Below, in pieces: positions 38,698 through 48,429 of a DNA stretch of 64,000 bases. Numbering within the stretch: position 1 is the stretch's first letter; each line of letters opens with the position of its first letter. A program made the position numbers and the translations under genes. Origin of the DNA: a bacterium. Its GTDB lineage: Bacteria; Patescibacteriota; Minisyncoccia; Moranbacterales; UBA2206. The stretch spans positions 41,413 through 105,412 of the forward strand of contig JAJYGF010000013.1 in assembly GCA_021785125.1 (NCBI GenBank), written 5' to 3'. The notes below the pieces were generated by a model. It was not told the DNA's origin and did no database searches. It worked only from the letters and a program-made list of their open reading frames with translations.

Positions 38698-41031
38698 ATG
38701 GAAAACAAGGGACTCACGAGCAAAGAGGCTGGGAAAAAATTGCGGGCGATCGGGCCTAACAAGATCGAAGAGAAAAAGCCGGGATTTTTCGCGAAATTTT
38801 TCAAATGGCTGATCTCGCCGATCTCGCTCATGCTGTTGGCGGCGGCCGGACTGTCCTTTTTTTCCGGCAAGATCTTCGATTTCTATTTCATCCTTTTCTT
38901 GATGGCGCTCAATTTCTTCGTCAGCTTCTGGCAGGAGAAGAAAGCCGACAATGCCATCCAGAAATTGCAGGAAACTCTCTTGGTCAAAGTCAAGGTCATG
39001 CGGGACGGCGCTTGGACGACTTTGGATTCGGCCTTTCTGGTGCCGGGCGATGTCATCCAGATCGGAGTGGGCAACATCATTCCGGCCGACATCCGGATCC
39101 TTTCTGCATCGAACCTTTTCATCAACGAGGCGGCGCTGACCGGCGAATCTCTGCCGCAGGAAAAATTGCCCAAAGACAATGTCTATTCCGGCGCGTTCGT
39201 CGTGACCGGCATGGCGGAAGCCGAGGTGCAGGCGACCGGCAAGAACACATATTTCAACAAGACGCTCCTCATGGTGGACAACGTCGCACAGAGGAGCTTG
39301 CTGGAACAGGACATTTTGCGCATCGCCAAATTCCTTTCTATCTTGAGCCTTGTTGCGGTGGTCATTTTGACTGCAGTGTTTATGCTGACCAAGGCAAGCT
39401 TTCTCGACACTCTGACGCTCGATCTGAGTCTGGTCATCGCCGGCATTCCGATCTCTCTGCCGACGGTCATCACTTTGATCATCAGCCTTGGCATTGTCGC
39501 GCTGACCAAGAAGGGCGCGGTCGTGAGAAGGCTGTCATCGCTCCAGGATCTGGCCAATGTGGATCTTCTGTTCACGGACAAGACTGGCACGCTGACCAAA
39601 AACGAGATCACGGTGCACGGAGTGAAGGCATATGATGCCAATGAGGAAAAAGTCATTTTGTATGCGCTCCTGGCGGAAGCCGAGGACAAGGATAATCCGA
39701 TCACCCGGGCCATTTCAAAAAAAGCGGATGAATTGAAACTGGAAGCCGGAACATATGAGACGCTGAATTTCATCCCGGCTGATTCGACGCGCAAAAGAAG
39801 CTCGGCTTCGGTGGAATCAAAAAGCGATGGCAAGATCTTCATCTCTTCCGGGGCGCCGCAGATCATTGAAAAGTTCTGTGCGCTGGATGAAGAACGGAAG
39901 AAAAGATTCGAAAAAGACATCGAAGAGGCGGCGCAAGCCGGCTATCGGTCTTTGGCGGTCGCCATCAACACGAAGGATAATGTCGAAAAAGATATGCAGT
40001 TGGTCGGATTGGTCATGCTCTCCGACACTTTGAGAAAAGAAGCTAAAAGCGTTATCAGATTTCTGGATGAGAACGGAGTCGATGTGCGGATGCTGACCGG
40101 TGATCACAAAGCGATCGGCGAAAGAGTCGGCAAAGAATTGGGTTTGGCGCCCGAGCAGATATTTTCCGAGATTTTGCCGGAGGACAAGTATAATTTTGTG
40201 AATGCGGCCAAAGGCAAGCATATCGTGGCGGTGACCGGCGACGGCGTGAACGATCTGCCGGCCGTCAAAAGCGCGGACGTGGGAATTGCAGTCTCGAATG
40301 CGGTGGATGCGCTCAAAAGCTCGGCCGACATCGTCCTGCTTCTGTCCAGCATCTCGGTCATTAAAGACGCCATCATCGAAGCCAGAAAGATTTTCGCCCG
40401 CGTCTATAGCTATTCCGTTTATCGTATCTCAGAAAGCTTCCGGCTGATCATCACGATCGCGGTTTTGGGACTCATCTATCACGACTATCCGCTGTTGCCG
40501 ATCCAATTGATCCTTTTGGCGCTTCTCAACGACATTCCGATCATTTCTTTGGCCTATGACCGCGTGAAAGTGGCGACCAAGCCGGCCAAGATCAATGTCA
40601 GGGAAAGATTCATCTTGAGCACCTTGTTTGGCCTGACCGGCGTGGCGAACAGCTTGATCCTGTTTTTCATTATGCTGCATTGGACGCATCTGAGTTGGGA
40701 CATGATTCAGACGATCTTTTTTCTCAAGCTGGCCATCTCTGGACATCTTCTGATCTATGTGGCGCACACCAAAGAACGCTGGTGGAAATTCCTGCCGAGC
40801 AGGCAGGTCATTCTGGCGACGTTGGGAACGCAGGCGGTCGCGACCGTCCTGGCTCTGACCGGAACATTTGTATCTAAAGTGCCCATTGAATGGGTCATAA
40901 TTGTATGGATTTGGTCTTTCTTTTGGATGCAGGTCAGCGAAGTGACGAAGGTCCTCGCCGACCGGATCTTCAAAAAAAGAGACGCGGATGAAGTCGCTTT
41001 GGCTTCAGTTCTGGCAAATCCGGGTAAATAA
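38698..41031 (+). CDS. Cation-transporting P-type ATPase (P2/P3-type)
   Basis: DKTGTLT phosphorylation site, TGES, MLTGDH, VTGDGVNDLPAVKSADVGIAV hinge. Confidence 0.85.
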   Translation: MENKGLTSKEAGKKLRAIGPNKIEEKKPGFFAKFFKWLISPISLMLLAAAGLSFFSGKIFDFYFILFLMALNFFVSFWQEKKADNAIQKLQETLLVKVKVMRDGAWTTLDSAFLVPGDVIQIGVGNIIPADIRILSASNLFINEAALTGESLPQEKLPKDNVYSGAFVVTGMAEAEVQATGKNTYFNKTLLMVDNVAQRSLLEQDILRIAKFLSILSLVAVVILTAVFMLTKASFLDTLTLDLSLVIAGIPISLPTVITLIISLGIVALTKKGAVVRRLSSLQDLANVDLLFTDKTGTLTKNEITVHGVKAYDANEEKVILYALLAEAEDKDNPITRAISKKADELKLEAGTYETLNFIPADSTRKRSSASVESKSDGKIFISSGAPQIIEKFCALDEERKKRFEKDIEEAAQAGYRSLAVAINTKDNVEKDMQLVGLVMLSDTLRKEAKSVIRFLDENGVDVRMLTGDHKAIGERVGKELGLAPEQIFSEILPEDKYNFVNAAKGKHIVAVTGDGVNDLPAVKSADVGIAVSNAVDALKSSADIVLLLSSISVIKDAIIEARKIFARVYSYSVYRISESFRLIITIAVLGLIYHDYPLLPIQLILLALLNDIPIISLAYDRVKVATKPAKINVRERFILSTLFGLTGVANSLILFFIMLHWTHLSWDMIQTIFFLKLAISGHLLIYVAHTKERWWKFLPSRQVILATLGTQAVATVLALTGTFVSKVPIEWVIIVWIWSFFWMQVSEVTKVLADRIFKKRDADEVALASVLANPGK

Positions 41032-41050
41032 AGAGTGGAAATGTCTTTGC

Positions 41051-41081
41051 GGCGCGCCTGGAACAGGCGCGCCTTTATGTT
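41051..41081. terminator. Rho-independent terminator GGCGCGCCTG-GAA-CAGGCGCGCC + T-run
   Basis: Perfect 10-bp GC stem after P-type ATPase. Confidence 0.65.
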
Positions 41082-41135
41082 GAAATATGCAAACAAATCT
41101 GCTAAAATACGTATTTACATGTGTAATATCCAATC

Positions 41136-41711
41136 ATGGCGGAAGCAAAAGAAAAGTCCGATTCTGAACTGATCGGTCTGGCCAAAGAAAATCCGGAGTC
41201 TTTCGGATTGCTGATGGAGCGGTATCAAGGCCCGTTGTTTCATTATGTCCGCCGCCTTACCCAGGGCACGCACGAGGAGATCGAGGATCTCCTGCAGGAA
41301 ATTTTCATCAAGATATATCAGCATCTCAATGAGTATGAATCATCGCTGAAATTCTCCAGTTGGGCGTACCGCGTGGCGCACAACCATGTGGTCGACCATT
41401 TCAGAAAGATCAGTGCCCGTCCGAAAGCGGATGCGCTGGAAGAAAAAGAGTGGGAAACTTTGATCCGCGCCAGCATCGATCCGGAAAAGGATTTTTCCAA
41501 CCGCGATTGCCTCGACCGCATCAAGGAGTGTCTGGAAGATCTGCCTCTGCAGTACAAAGAAATCCTGATCCTCAGATTTTTGGAAGAGAAAAGCTATGAT
41601 GAAATCATGGATATTTTGAAAAAACCCAAAGGCAGTGTGGCGACGCTCATCGCGCGCGGACGGGGAAAACTGTTGGACAAGATGCGGGAGAAAAATATAA
41701 ATTGTTTTTAA
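41136..41711 (+). CDS. ECF-type RNA polymerase sigma-70 factor (paralog of 5756..6397)
   Basis: Regions 2 and 4 conserved; same ERYQGxLF...EDLLQ...FSSWxYRxAHN pattern as first ECF sigma. Confidence 0.85.
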   Translation: MAEAKEKSDSELIGLAKENPESFGLLMERYQGPLFHYVRRLTQGTHEEIEDLLQEIFIKIYQHLNEYESSLKFSSWAYRVAHNHVVDHFRKISARPKADALEEKEWETLIRASIDPEKDFSNRDCLDRIKECLEDLPLQYKEILILRFLEEKSYDEIMDILKKPKGSVATLIARGRGKLLDKMREKNINCF

Positions 41712-41715
41712 ATAT

Positions 41716-42600
41716 ATGGATAGCAATAACCTGATCAAAAATACATTGGCGGAGATTGAGAAGAAGCACATCAAGCCGGAACCGAAAAGCAAGTATCTTC
41801 TGAAAAAATATTCTCGCTGGGGGATGTTTTCGGCAGTGGCATTGGCTGCGGCGTTGGTGGGCGCGGTCATGTATGATCTTTTGTCGCAATTGGACTGGAG
41901 CACGTATCAATTTTCGCACGCGAATTTTTTCAGCTATGCGCTGTCGCTTTTGCCATATCTGTGGGTAGTCATTTTTATCATTCTGGCGGGGCTGGCTTTC
42001 TGGGTGATCCGGAAAACGAACAGCGGATATCGTTTCGGACGCATGCAGATCATTTTGATCGTGGGCGGCGCTATTTTGGCAGCCGGCACGGTTTTGGCAG
42101 TTTCCAATTTTGGCGGCAATTTGAATTCCGCGATGGTACAGGATTTTCCGAACTACGCGCGGATGGTGCCGACCAAAGAGTCGCAGTGGTCGCAGCCGCA
42201 AAGCGGACTCTTGTCCGGCACGATTGAAAATGTTCAAGGAAACATCATCACACTTCAAGATTTCCAAGGCCAAGAATGGCAGGTGGATCTGGATCAGAAT
42301 ACTTTGGTCCGGCCGACGGCGGACATGCAGGCGGGGGAACTGATCAAAATTATCGGTACGGTTTCCGGCCAGAATATTTTCAAGGCGACTGAGATCCGGC
42401 CATGGGGCGGCATGGGCAGCATGATGCAAAATATGATGGGAAGCGGCGGCGGATGCGCGACTGGCGGCGATGTATGTCAATTGCCGGGCGGAAATATCAA
42501 TGGTGACGGACCGCAAGGCCCGGCGCAAGGCAATGGTTATGGTCCGGAGGGAAATGGTCCGCGCGGCATGATGCAGGGCGGCGGCATGATGGGACGCTAG
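41716..42600 (+). CDS. Membrane protein with Met/Gly-rich C-terminal tail, putative anti-sigma factor
   Basis: 5 nt after sigma stop; TM helices; C-terminus GMGSMMQNMMGSGGG...GMMQGGGMMGR. Confidence 0.4.
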   Translation: MDSNNLIKNTLAEIEKKHIKPEPKSKYLLKKYSRWGMFSAVALAAALVGAVMYDLLSQLDWSTYQFSHANFFSYALSLLPYLWVVIFIILAGLAFWVIRKTNSGYRFGRMQIILIVGGAILAAGTVLAVSNFGGNLNSAMVQDFPNYARMVPTKESQWSQPQSGLLSGTIENVQGNIITLQDFQGQEWQVDLDQNTLVRPTADMQAGELIKIIGTVSGQNIFKATEIRPWGGMGSMMQNMMGSGGGCATGGDVCQLPGGNINGDGPQGPAQGNGYGPEGNGPRGMMQGGGMMGR

Positions 42601-42681
42601 GCGAAATGAAAACTTTTCCGTTCCGTTACGTCCTATAGATTGCTAGCGTTTCAAATCAAATAAGAATTAATAATCATAACT

Positions 42682-43005
42682 ATGAAAAAAACAGGATATA
42701 TCGTTGCGGGAGTTGTCGGAGCTTTGGCGATCGGAGTTTTGGCAACAGCCGGCGCCTTCGCGTATCGCGGCAATCCGACGCAATTCGGCCCGAACCATCC
42801 GTACGGATACGGATATCAAAATCAGGCTCAGAACAATTCCGACAATCAAAATTTTTTTGATGAGATGAGATCATACATGTTCGGCAACCGTTACGGCAAC
42901 AACAATGCTGATCCGGATGGTGATCGCGCGCCGGTGAATCAAGGACAAGGCTACGGTCCCGGTTACGGCTACGGCGGCGGCTTCGGTTGTCCGATGTGGA
43001 ACTAA
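42682..43005 (+). CDS. Small secreted Gly/Tyr/Asn-rich low-complexity protein
   Basis: Signal peptide MKKTGYIVAGVVGALAIGVLATAGAFA then YGYGYQNQAQNN...GYGPGYGYGGGFGCPMWN; terminator hairpin 43025..43052. Confidence 0.45.
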   Translation: MKKTGYIVAGVVGALAIGVLATAGAFAYRGNPTQFGPNHPYGYGYQNQAQNNSDNQNFFDEMRSYMFGNRYGNNNADPDGDRAPVNQGQGYGPGYGYGGGFGCPMWN

Positions 43006-43104
43006 AATATTTCGAACAACAAAGCAGGATGCAAAATCCTGTTTTTGTTTTGCAAAAATTTTTTGTTTGTAATAAATTATATAAATAACAAATAAGCTAA
43101 AGTT

Positions 43105-43683
43105 ATGGAAAAATTGGAAATCGACAAAAACAGCACGGCTCTGGTGGTTATCGATCTGCAAAAAGGCATCGCCGGCATGCCGACCCAGCCGTATGCGGCC
43201 GAGGCGGTGATTGCGAACGCGGCTAAATTGGCGCAGGCATTCCGTCAAAATGACATGCCGGTCTTTTTGGTGCGGGTGAAACCTTCCGCCGATGCGCGCG
43301 ACGCGCTTAAGCCGGAAGCGGATGTGAAGATGCAGATGAATGCTTCCGCCATGCCGGCCGATTGGAGCGAGATCGTGCCGGAGATGGGGCCGGAGCCGAC
43401 GGATTTTCTGATCACCAAAAAACAATGGGGCGCTTTCTATGGCACCGAGCTGGATCTGCAGCTCAGAAGACGCAAGATCGGGGCGATCGTCCTATGCGGC
43501 ATCGCCACCAGCATTGGCGTGGAAAGCACGGCCCGGTTCGCGTATGAATACGGCTATGAGCAGATATTCGCCGAAGACGCGATGGCCAGCCGCTCAAAAG
43601 AAGAACATGACAGCACGATCAAAAATATTTTTCCGCGCATGGGCCGCGTCCGGAAGACGGAAGAAATTCTGGCGGAATTATAG
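43105..43683 (+). CDS. Isochorismatase-family cysteine hydrolase
   Basis: ALVVIDLQ Asp, Lys, and catalytic Cys in IVLCGIATSIGVEST. Confidence 0.75.
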   Translation: MEKLEIDKNSTALVVIDLQKGIAGMPTQPYAAEAVIANAAKLAQAFRQNDMPVFLVRVKPSADARDALKPEADVKMQMNASAMPADWSEIVPEMGPEPTDFLITKKQWGAFYGTELDLQLRRRKIGAIVLCGIATSIGVESTARFAYEYGYEQIFAEDAMASRSKEEHDSTIKNIFPRMGRVRKTEEILAEL

Positions 43684-43780
43684 AATTGAAAGATCCGTCG
43701 TTTGCGGGTGGTTTTTTATACACAGGGACAAAAGAGAGAAATAGTGATATGATAACACTATAATAAATAAAAACAAAAAA

Positions 43781-44329
43781 ATGATTGAAACAAAGCCGCA
43801 ATCAAGGCCCGGCTATGAATATCTGACCACCTACATGTTGGGGAAAGTCATCCAAGACCTGACCGTGGAATTTTGCAATCGCTGGATCGACAGGAAAAGC
43901 AGGACACATGATCAGATGGTCCAAGCGGCCAGGAGCAATCCGCAGAACATCGCCGAAGGGTACACGGTCGAATCACTCAAGAGCTACATCATGCTTGTCG
44001 GCGTCGCGCACGGTTCAAACGAAGAATTGGCCAAGGATTATCAAGATTTTCTACGGCAGAGAAATTTTCATATCTGGAGCAAGGACGATCCGCGAGTTAG
44101 GGTGTTTAGGGAATTTAGGGTGATTTGGGTTTCCCCAACATCCCTAAACACCCCAAAGTTGCCCAACAATCCCGAACAAGCCGCAAATTTTTTGCTCACT
44201 CTTTGCAATCTTGAAGGCTTCTTGATCAAGCGTCATGTCGATTCATTGAAGCTGAAACATGAGCGCGAAGGCGGTTTCTCGGAAAATCTTTACAGGAAAA
44301 GGATCGAATTCAGAAGAAGCGGCGATTAG
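43781..44329 (+). CDS. Four-helix-bundle protein (23S rRNA intervening-sequence protein family) with internal insertion
   Basis: QMVQAARSNPQNIAEGY...SYIMLVGVAHGSNEEL pattern; ~60 aa longer than typical due to G-tract/C-tract insert. Confidence 0.6.
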   Translation: MIETKPQSRPGYEYLTTYMLGKVIQDLTVEFCNRWIDRKSRTHDQMVQAARSNPQNIAEGYTVESLKSYIMLVGVAHGSNEELAKDYQDFLRQRNFHIWSKDDPRVRVFREFRVIWVSPTSLNTPKLPNNPEQAANFLLTLCNLEGFLIKRHVDSLKLKHEREGGFSENLYRKRIEFRRSGD

Positions 44330-44641
44330 TCATGTGCTATAATATAAACAATAACTATTAACAAACAAGTATGTCTATCGAAGCGATCATATTTTATCTC
44401 TTGCTCATCGATAGTATCTCGTGCAACCTGATCGTCCTGTTCGGCGAGAAATGGTACGTGAAGCATTTCCGCATCGTCTCGCGCCTGTTTCCGCCGGCCA
44501 AAGGCTGGGCCGCGTATTATCTGGTCCTGGTGCTGTGGATCGGAACGCTCATATATCGGGCCGGATTGTTCTAAGCAAAAAAGAGCTTTGGCTCTTTGCG
44601 GATAATATAAAAACAAAAAAAGAGAGGAGGTGTGATAACAC

Positions 44642-44893
44642 ATGGCAAAATTGAGCATCAAGGGATTGGCGTTGGGCTTCGGCCTCGCGTGGGGATTGTA
44701 TATGCTTTGCTTGGGCTGGGTCTCCGTGACCGGCTGGGGCGCCGGAATAGTGAGTAATTTTTCTTCTCTGTATATCGGATTTGCACCCGGATTTGTCGGT
44801 GGCATCGTCGGCGCCCTGTGGGGATTTTTGGACGGGGCGGTCGGCGGCATCCTGATTGCGTATTTCTATAACATGTTTGCGGCGAAAAAATAA
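44642..44893 (+). CDS. Small glycine-zipper (GxxxG-rich) membrane protein
   Basis: GAGGAGG RBS 11 nt upstream; 83 aa; two hydrophobic Gly-rich helices; terminator after. Confidence 0.4.
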   Translation: MAKLSIKGLALGFGLAWGLYMLCLGWVSVTGWGAGIVSNFSSLYIGFAPGFVGGIVGALWGFLDGAVGGILIAYFYNMFAAKK

Positions 44894-44981
44894 GCCGCGC
44901 CTCAGAACAACAAAAAGCTCGCAATTTTCTGCGGGCTTTTTGTTTCGAGCGCGTGAAGCGTGGTAGAATATAAATGTAATT

Positions 44982-46037
44982 GTGAAAAAAAGAGAGATGA
45001 TCTATCAGTTGATAATTTTTATTATTTCCGGCGCGTTTGTCTGGCTGGCCGGCACGACATTGACTAAGACGACTGATTCTTTGGATTGCCGCTTCAAGAT
45101 CGGAGAAGCTTTCGGCGGCCTGATCCTTCTGGGCATTACCGGCAATCTGACGGACATCGCGGTGGCCATCAGTGCCGCTTGGCGCGGACATATTCCGGTC
45201 GTCATCGGCAACTTGATCGGCGGCATTGCGATCCAGACGCTTTTGATCGTGATTTTTGATTTCGCAGTCAGGGGCAAGCGGCCGTTGTCATATCTGGCTG
45301 GATCGATGACCTTGTTTTTTGAAACGGTTTTCGCGATCGCGCTGGTCGTGATGGCGCTCGTCGGCACGTATATTCCCGCCAAAGATTCGATCTGGCACAT
45401 GAATCCGTTTTCAATCCTGATTCTGGCGGCGTGGTTCGTCGGACTGTATCTGGTCGACAAGGCGCACAAAATCAGGCGCTTCAACGAAGTGGAGAATGAT
45501 GCCGATCCTGGCCGGTCGCATGACGAATGCCGGACGACGGAGAACAGCGCTTTCTATTCCGGAAAGAAGACGTTCTATGTGATCAAAGTTTTTGTCCTGG
45601 CTTCCGCCGTCACTTTAGTCGCCGGCTATTTTTTGGAAGAATCGGGCGCAGCCTTGGCGGAATCGCTGGGTCTGAATGCGGGAATTTTCGCGGCTACGAT
45701 CTTGGCCTTGGTCACTTCCTTGCCCGAGCTCAGCACCGGCTTGGAAGCGGTCTTGATCGGCGACAATCATCTGGCCTTCAGTGATATCTGGGGCGGCAAC
45801 GCGTTCATGATGGTGCCGTTTTTTGCGGCCGATCTTCTGGTCGGCAAGCCGGTTTTGTCATACGCCCAAAACTCGGACCGTTTGGTCGCATTTTTGGGCG
45901 TCGCCATGATGGCGGCATACGCGGCCGCTTTTCTGGCGAGATGGCACAAGCGATATTTCCGTCTGGGTCTCGATTCCATCCTTGAGATCCTTATTTTCGC
46001 CGGCGGAATGGCGGTTTTGTTTGGAATCGTGAAATGA
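44982..46037 (+). CDS. CaCA-family Na+/Ca2+ (cation) antiporter
   Basis: Two alpha-repeats (GNLTDIAVAIS.. and LVTSLPELSTG), ~10 TM. Confidence 0.7.
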   Translation: MKKREMIYQLIIFIISGAFVWLAGTTLTKTTDSLDCRFKIGEAFGGLILLGITGNLTDIAVAISAAWRGHIPVVIGNLIGGIAIQTLLIVIFDFAVRGKRPLSYLAGSMTLFFETVFAIALVVMALVGTYIPAKDSIWHMNPFSILILAAWFVGLYLVDKAHKIRRFNEVENDADPGRSHDECRTTENSAFYSGKKTFYVIKVFVLASAVTLVAGYFLEESGAALAESLGLNAGIFAATILALVTSLPELSTGLEAVLIGDNHLAFSDIWGGNAFMMVPFFAADLLVGKPVLSYAQNSDRLVAFLGVAMMAAYAAAFLARWHKRYFRLGLDSILEILIFAGGMAVLFGIVK

Positions 46038-46125
46038 TATTTTGGGAGAAGGCGGATAATGTGCAGCTGATTGAAAAAACCGCCTGAAGATGCTATTATG
46101 ATGGAGAGATAAAATAGGCGAAAAC

Positions 46126-46842
46126 ATGACCTATCACGTCAAAACCGACAAATTTGAAGGACCTTTGGACCTGCTTTTGGAGCTGATTGAGAAAGAAAAA
46201 TTAAATATTACGGAATTGAGCTTGGCGCATGTAGCCGACCAGTATTTGGATCATATCCGCGACAACGAGAACATCCATTTAGAAAATCTGGCCGAATTTT
46301 TGTCAGTCGCTGCCAAATTGATCTTGATCAAGTCGCGCGCGCTTCTGCCGCTTCTGGAATTCACGGAGGAAGAGGAAGAAGAGATCAAAGATCTGGCCAA
46401 ACAGCTGGAAGAATACAAGAAATTCAAAGAAGCTTCGCTCGTTCTGGGCAAGATCGCTGAGTCGGGCATGATCAGCTATTCGCGTTCCGGCTATCTCGGC
46501 GTGCAGCCACTTTTTTATCCGCCGGAAAATTTCAACGTGTTCGATTTCAAAAAATATTTCCAAGCGGTATTGGCTGAAATTCCTATCATTGAAAAGTTGG
46601 AAGAAGAGGTTGTGCGGGAAGTTGTGACCCTGGAAGAGCGGATAAATGATTTGCAAAATACGCTTCGACGGAGGGTAGAAACATCCTTTAGTGAAATAAC
46701 GCATAATGCTTCGGACAAGATCGATGTAATCCTTTCTTTTTTAGCGATGTTGGAGATGGTAAAGCAAAGAATAATCGAGGCTGAACAACAGGAACTGTTT
46801 CATGATATAAAATTAAAAAATAAAAGCGTAATTTCAGCATAA
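46126..46842 (+). CDS. scpA: Segregation and condensation protein A
   Basis: FEGPLDLLLELIEKEKLNITELSLAHVADQYL kleisin N-terminus. Confidence 0.85.
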   Translation: MTYHVKTDKFEGPLDLLLELIEKEKLNITELSLAHVADQYLDHIRDNENIHLENLAEFLSVAAKLILIKSRALLPLLEFTEEEEEEIKDLAKQLEEYKKFKEASLVLGKIAESGMISYSRSGYLGVQPLFYPPENFNVFDFKKYFQAVLAEIPIIEKLEEEVVREVVTLEERINDLQNTLRRRVETSFSEITHNASDKIDVILSFLAMLEMVKQRIIEAEQQELFHDIKLKNKSVISA

Positions 46843-46844
46843 CT

Positions 46845-47411
46845 ATGGAACTCGGAAAATTAAAATCAATCATTGAAAGCGTATTGTTTATCAGCGGCGA
46901 ACCGGTCAGTCTGGCCAAGATCGCCAAGATTACGCAAGTGCCGATGCCGGAAATCGAAAATGCAGTCATGCTTATGCAGGGGGAATATGCCGAAAACAGC
47001 AGAGGGCTGGTCATAATCAAAAAAGAAAATGAGATTCAGATGGCGACCAATTCGGACAATGCGACGATCTTGGACCAGCTGGTCAAAAGCGAGATCCAGG
47101 AAAACCTGAGCAAAGCGGCTCTGGAAGTTTTGGCGATCATCGCGTATCGCGGTCCGATTTCGCGCGTCGAAGTGGAGGCTATCCGCGGGGTCAATTGCAG
47201 TTTCACCGTCCGCTCTCTCATGATGCGCGGTCTTTTGGAGAGGGTCGACAACCCGAAAGACAATCGCGGCTATCTGTACAAGGTATCTTTTGATTTTCTC
47301 AAAAAGCTCGGCTTGGACGGCATCGAGAAACTGCCGGATTATGAAGCTTTGTCCCAGGATGAGAGGATCGACAGCATAATCGACAAAGAAAACAAAGGAA
47401 GCGATGCTTAA
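46845..47411 (+). CDS. scpB: Segregation and condensation protein B
   Basis: IESVLFISGEPVSLAKIAKI, tandem wHTH domains. Confidence 0.8.
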   Translation: MELGKLKSIIESVLFISGEPVSLAKIAKITQVPMPEIENAVMLMQGEYAENSRGLVIIKKENEIQMATNSDNATILDQLVKSEIQENLSKAALEVLAIIAYRGPISRVEVEAIRGVNCSFTVRSLMMRGLLERVDNPKDNRGYLYKVSFDFLKKLGLDGIEKLPDYEALSQDERIDSIIDKENKGSDA

Positions 47412-48426
47412 TCTGATTTTTACATTATTTATAATTCCGTTCATACCTTTCTGGCTGTTCGGCCATCTGATCAGCAATGCAAGCGGAGGTGCGAACATTA
47501 CATGCCAAGGAAGCATCTGCGATTTATCCGCCAAGATGGCTGATTCCAGCGATTTCATAGTTAAAAATCTGTTTCCCGTGGATTCCGCTTTGGCTTCCGG
47601 CTATGTGCCTGTCAGAACTACCAACGCGGATGATATAAAATTATGGGCCGGTTCTTCTGCGGCTATCGATGCTGATTCAGGCACGATACTGCACTATGAC
47701 CAGGGGCGCAAGCATGTGCAGATCGCTTCGCTCACCAAAATGATGACGGCTATTTTGGCTGTTGAAAATATCCAAGATCTTGATAGCGCGGTCGTAACCA
47801 TAAATGCGGAAGACTTGGATGTGGATGGGACGAAAGTTGGCTGTCCGACCAGCGTATATTGCAACGGTAATCGGATGTTTGTGGGAGAAAAAGTCAAAGC
47901 TATCGATCTTTTGCGCGTGATGCTGATGAACAGCGCCAATGACGCCGCCACGGCTCTGGGTTCGTACATTGGTGGCAGTCCGAAAAAATTCGTGGACATG
48001 ATGAACGCTAAAGCCAAAGACATGGGTCTGACCGATACGCATTTTTGCACGCCGAGCGGACTGGAAATTGACGGTCATGAAGACGAATGTTATTCTTCTG
48101 CCTATGATATAGCCAGGATCGCGGCCTATTCGATGCGTTATGATACGATTTGGAATATAATGCGGACTCTTGACGGCCAATTTTACTCCGTTGACGGAAG
48201 AACCATGCATATCTTGCAGAATACGGATATGCTTCTGAATACTCTGCCCGGCTGTATCGGAGGCAAAACCGGGTTTACGCCGCTGGCCGGAAAATCACTT
48301 CTTTTGGGCGCGGCTGATCCGACCGGCAAACATAAGATAATCGCGGTTGTACTAAACGATGATCAGCGCTGGAGCGACATGAAAAGTTTGGTGGATTGGA
48401 TTTTCAACAATTATAAATGGCAGTAG
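47404..48426 (+). CDS. D-alanyl-D-alanine carboxypeptidase (S11, PBP5-like)
   Basis: SxxK (SLTKMMT), SxN (SANDAA), KTG (KTGFT) motifs, signal/TM at N-terminus. Confidence 0.8.
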   Translation: MLNLIFTLFIIPFIPFWLFGHLISNASGGANITCQGSICDLSAKMADSSDFIVKNLFPVDSALASGYVPVRTTNADDIKLWAGSSAAIDADSGTILHYDQGRKHVQIASLTKMMTAILAVENIQDLDSAVVTINAEDLDVDGTKVGCPTSVYCNGNRMFVGEKVKAIDLLRVMLMNSANDAATALGSYIGGSPKKFVDMMNAKAKDMGLTDTHFCTPSGLEIDGHEDECYSSAYDIARIAAYSMRYDTIWNIMRTLDGQFYSVDGRTMHILQNTDMLLNTLPGCIGGKTGFTPLAGKSLLLGAADPTGKHKIIAVVLNDDQRWSDMKSLVDWIFNNYKWQ

Positions 48427-48429
48427 CTT

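Noticed and set aside
38805-39635. 276-aa alternative-frame ORF inside P-type ATPase
   Set aside because: Same strand, different frame of a strongly conserved ATPase; Arg/Gly/His-rich nonsense composition.
41647-42528. 293-aa minus-strand ORF
   Set aside because: Antisense to the sigma-coupled membrane protein; His/Ala-rich composition typical of reverse-frame GC-rich DNA.
44326-44850. 174-aa minus-strand Pro-rich ORF
   Set aside because: Pro-rich N-terminus is the reverse complement of the Gly-rich plus-strand peptide; no RBS; overlaps three plus-strand features.
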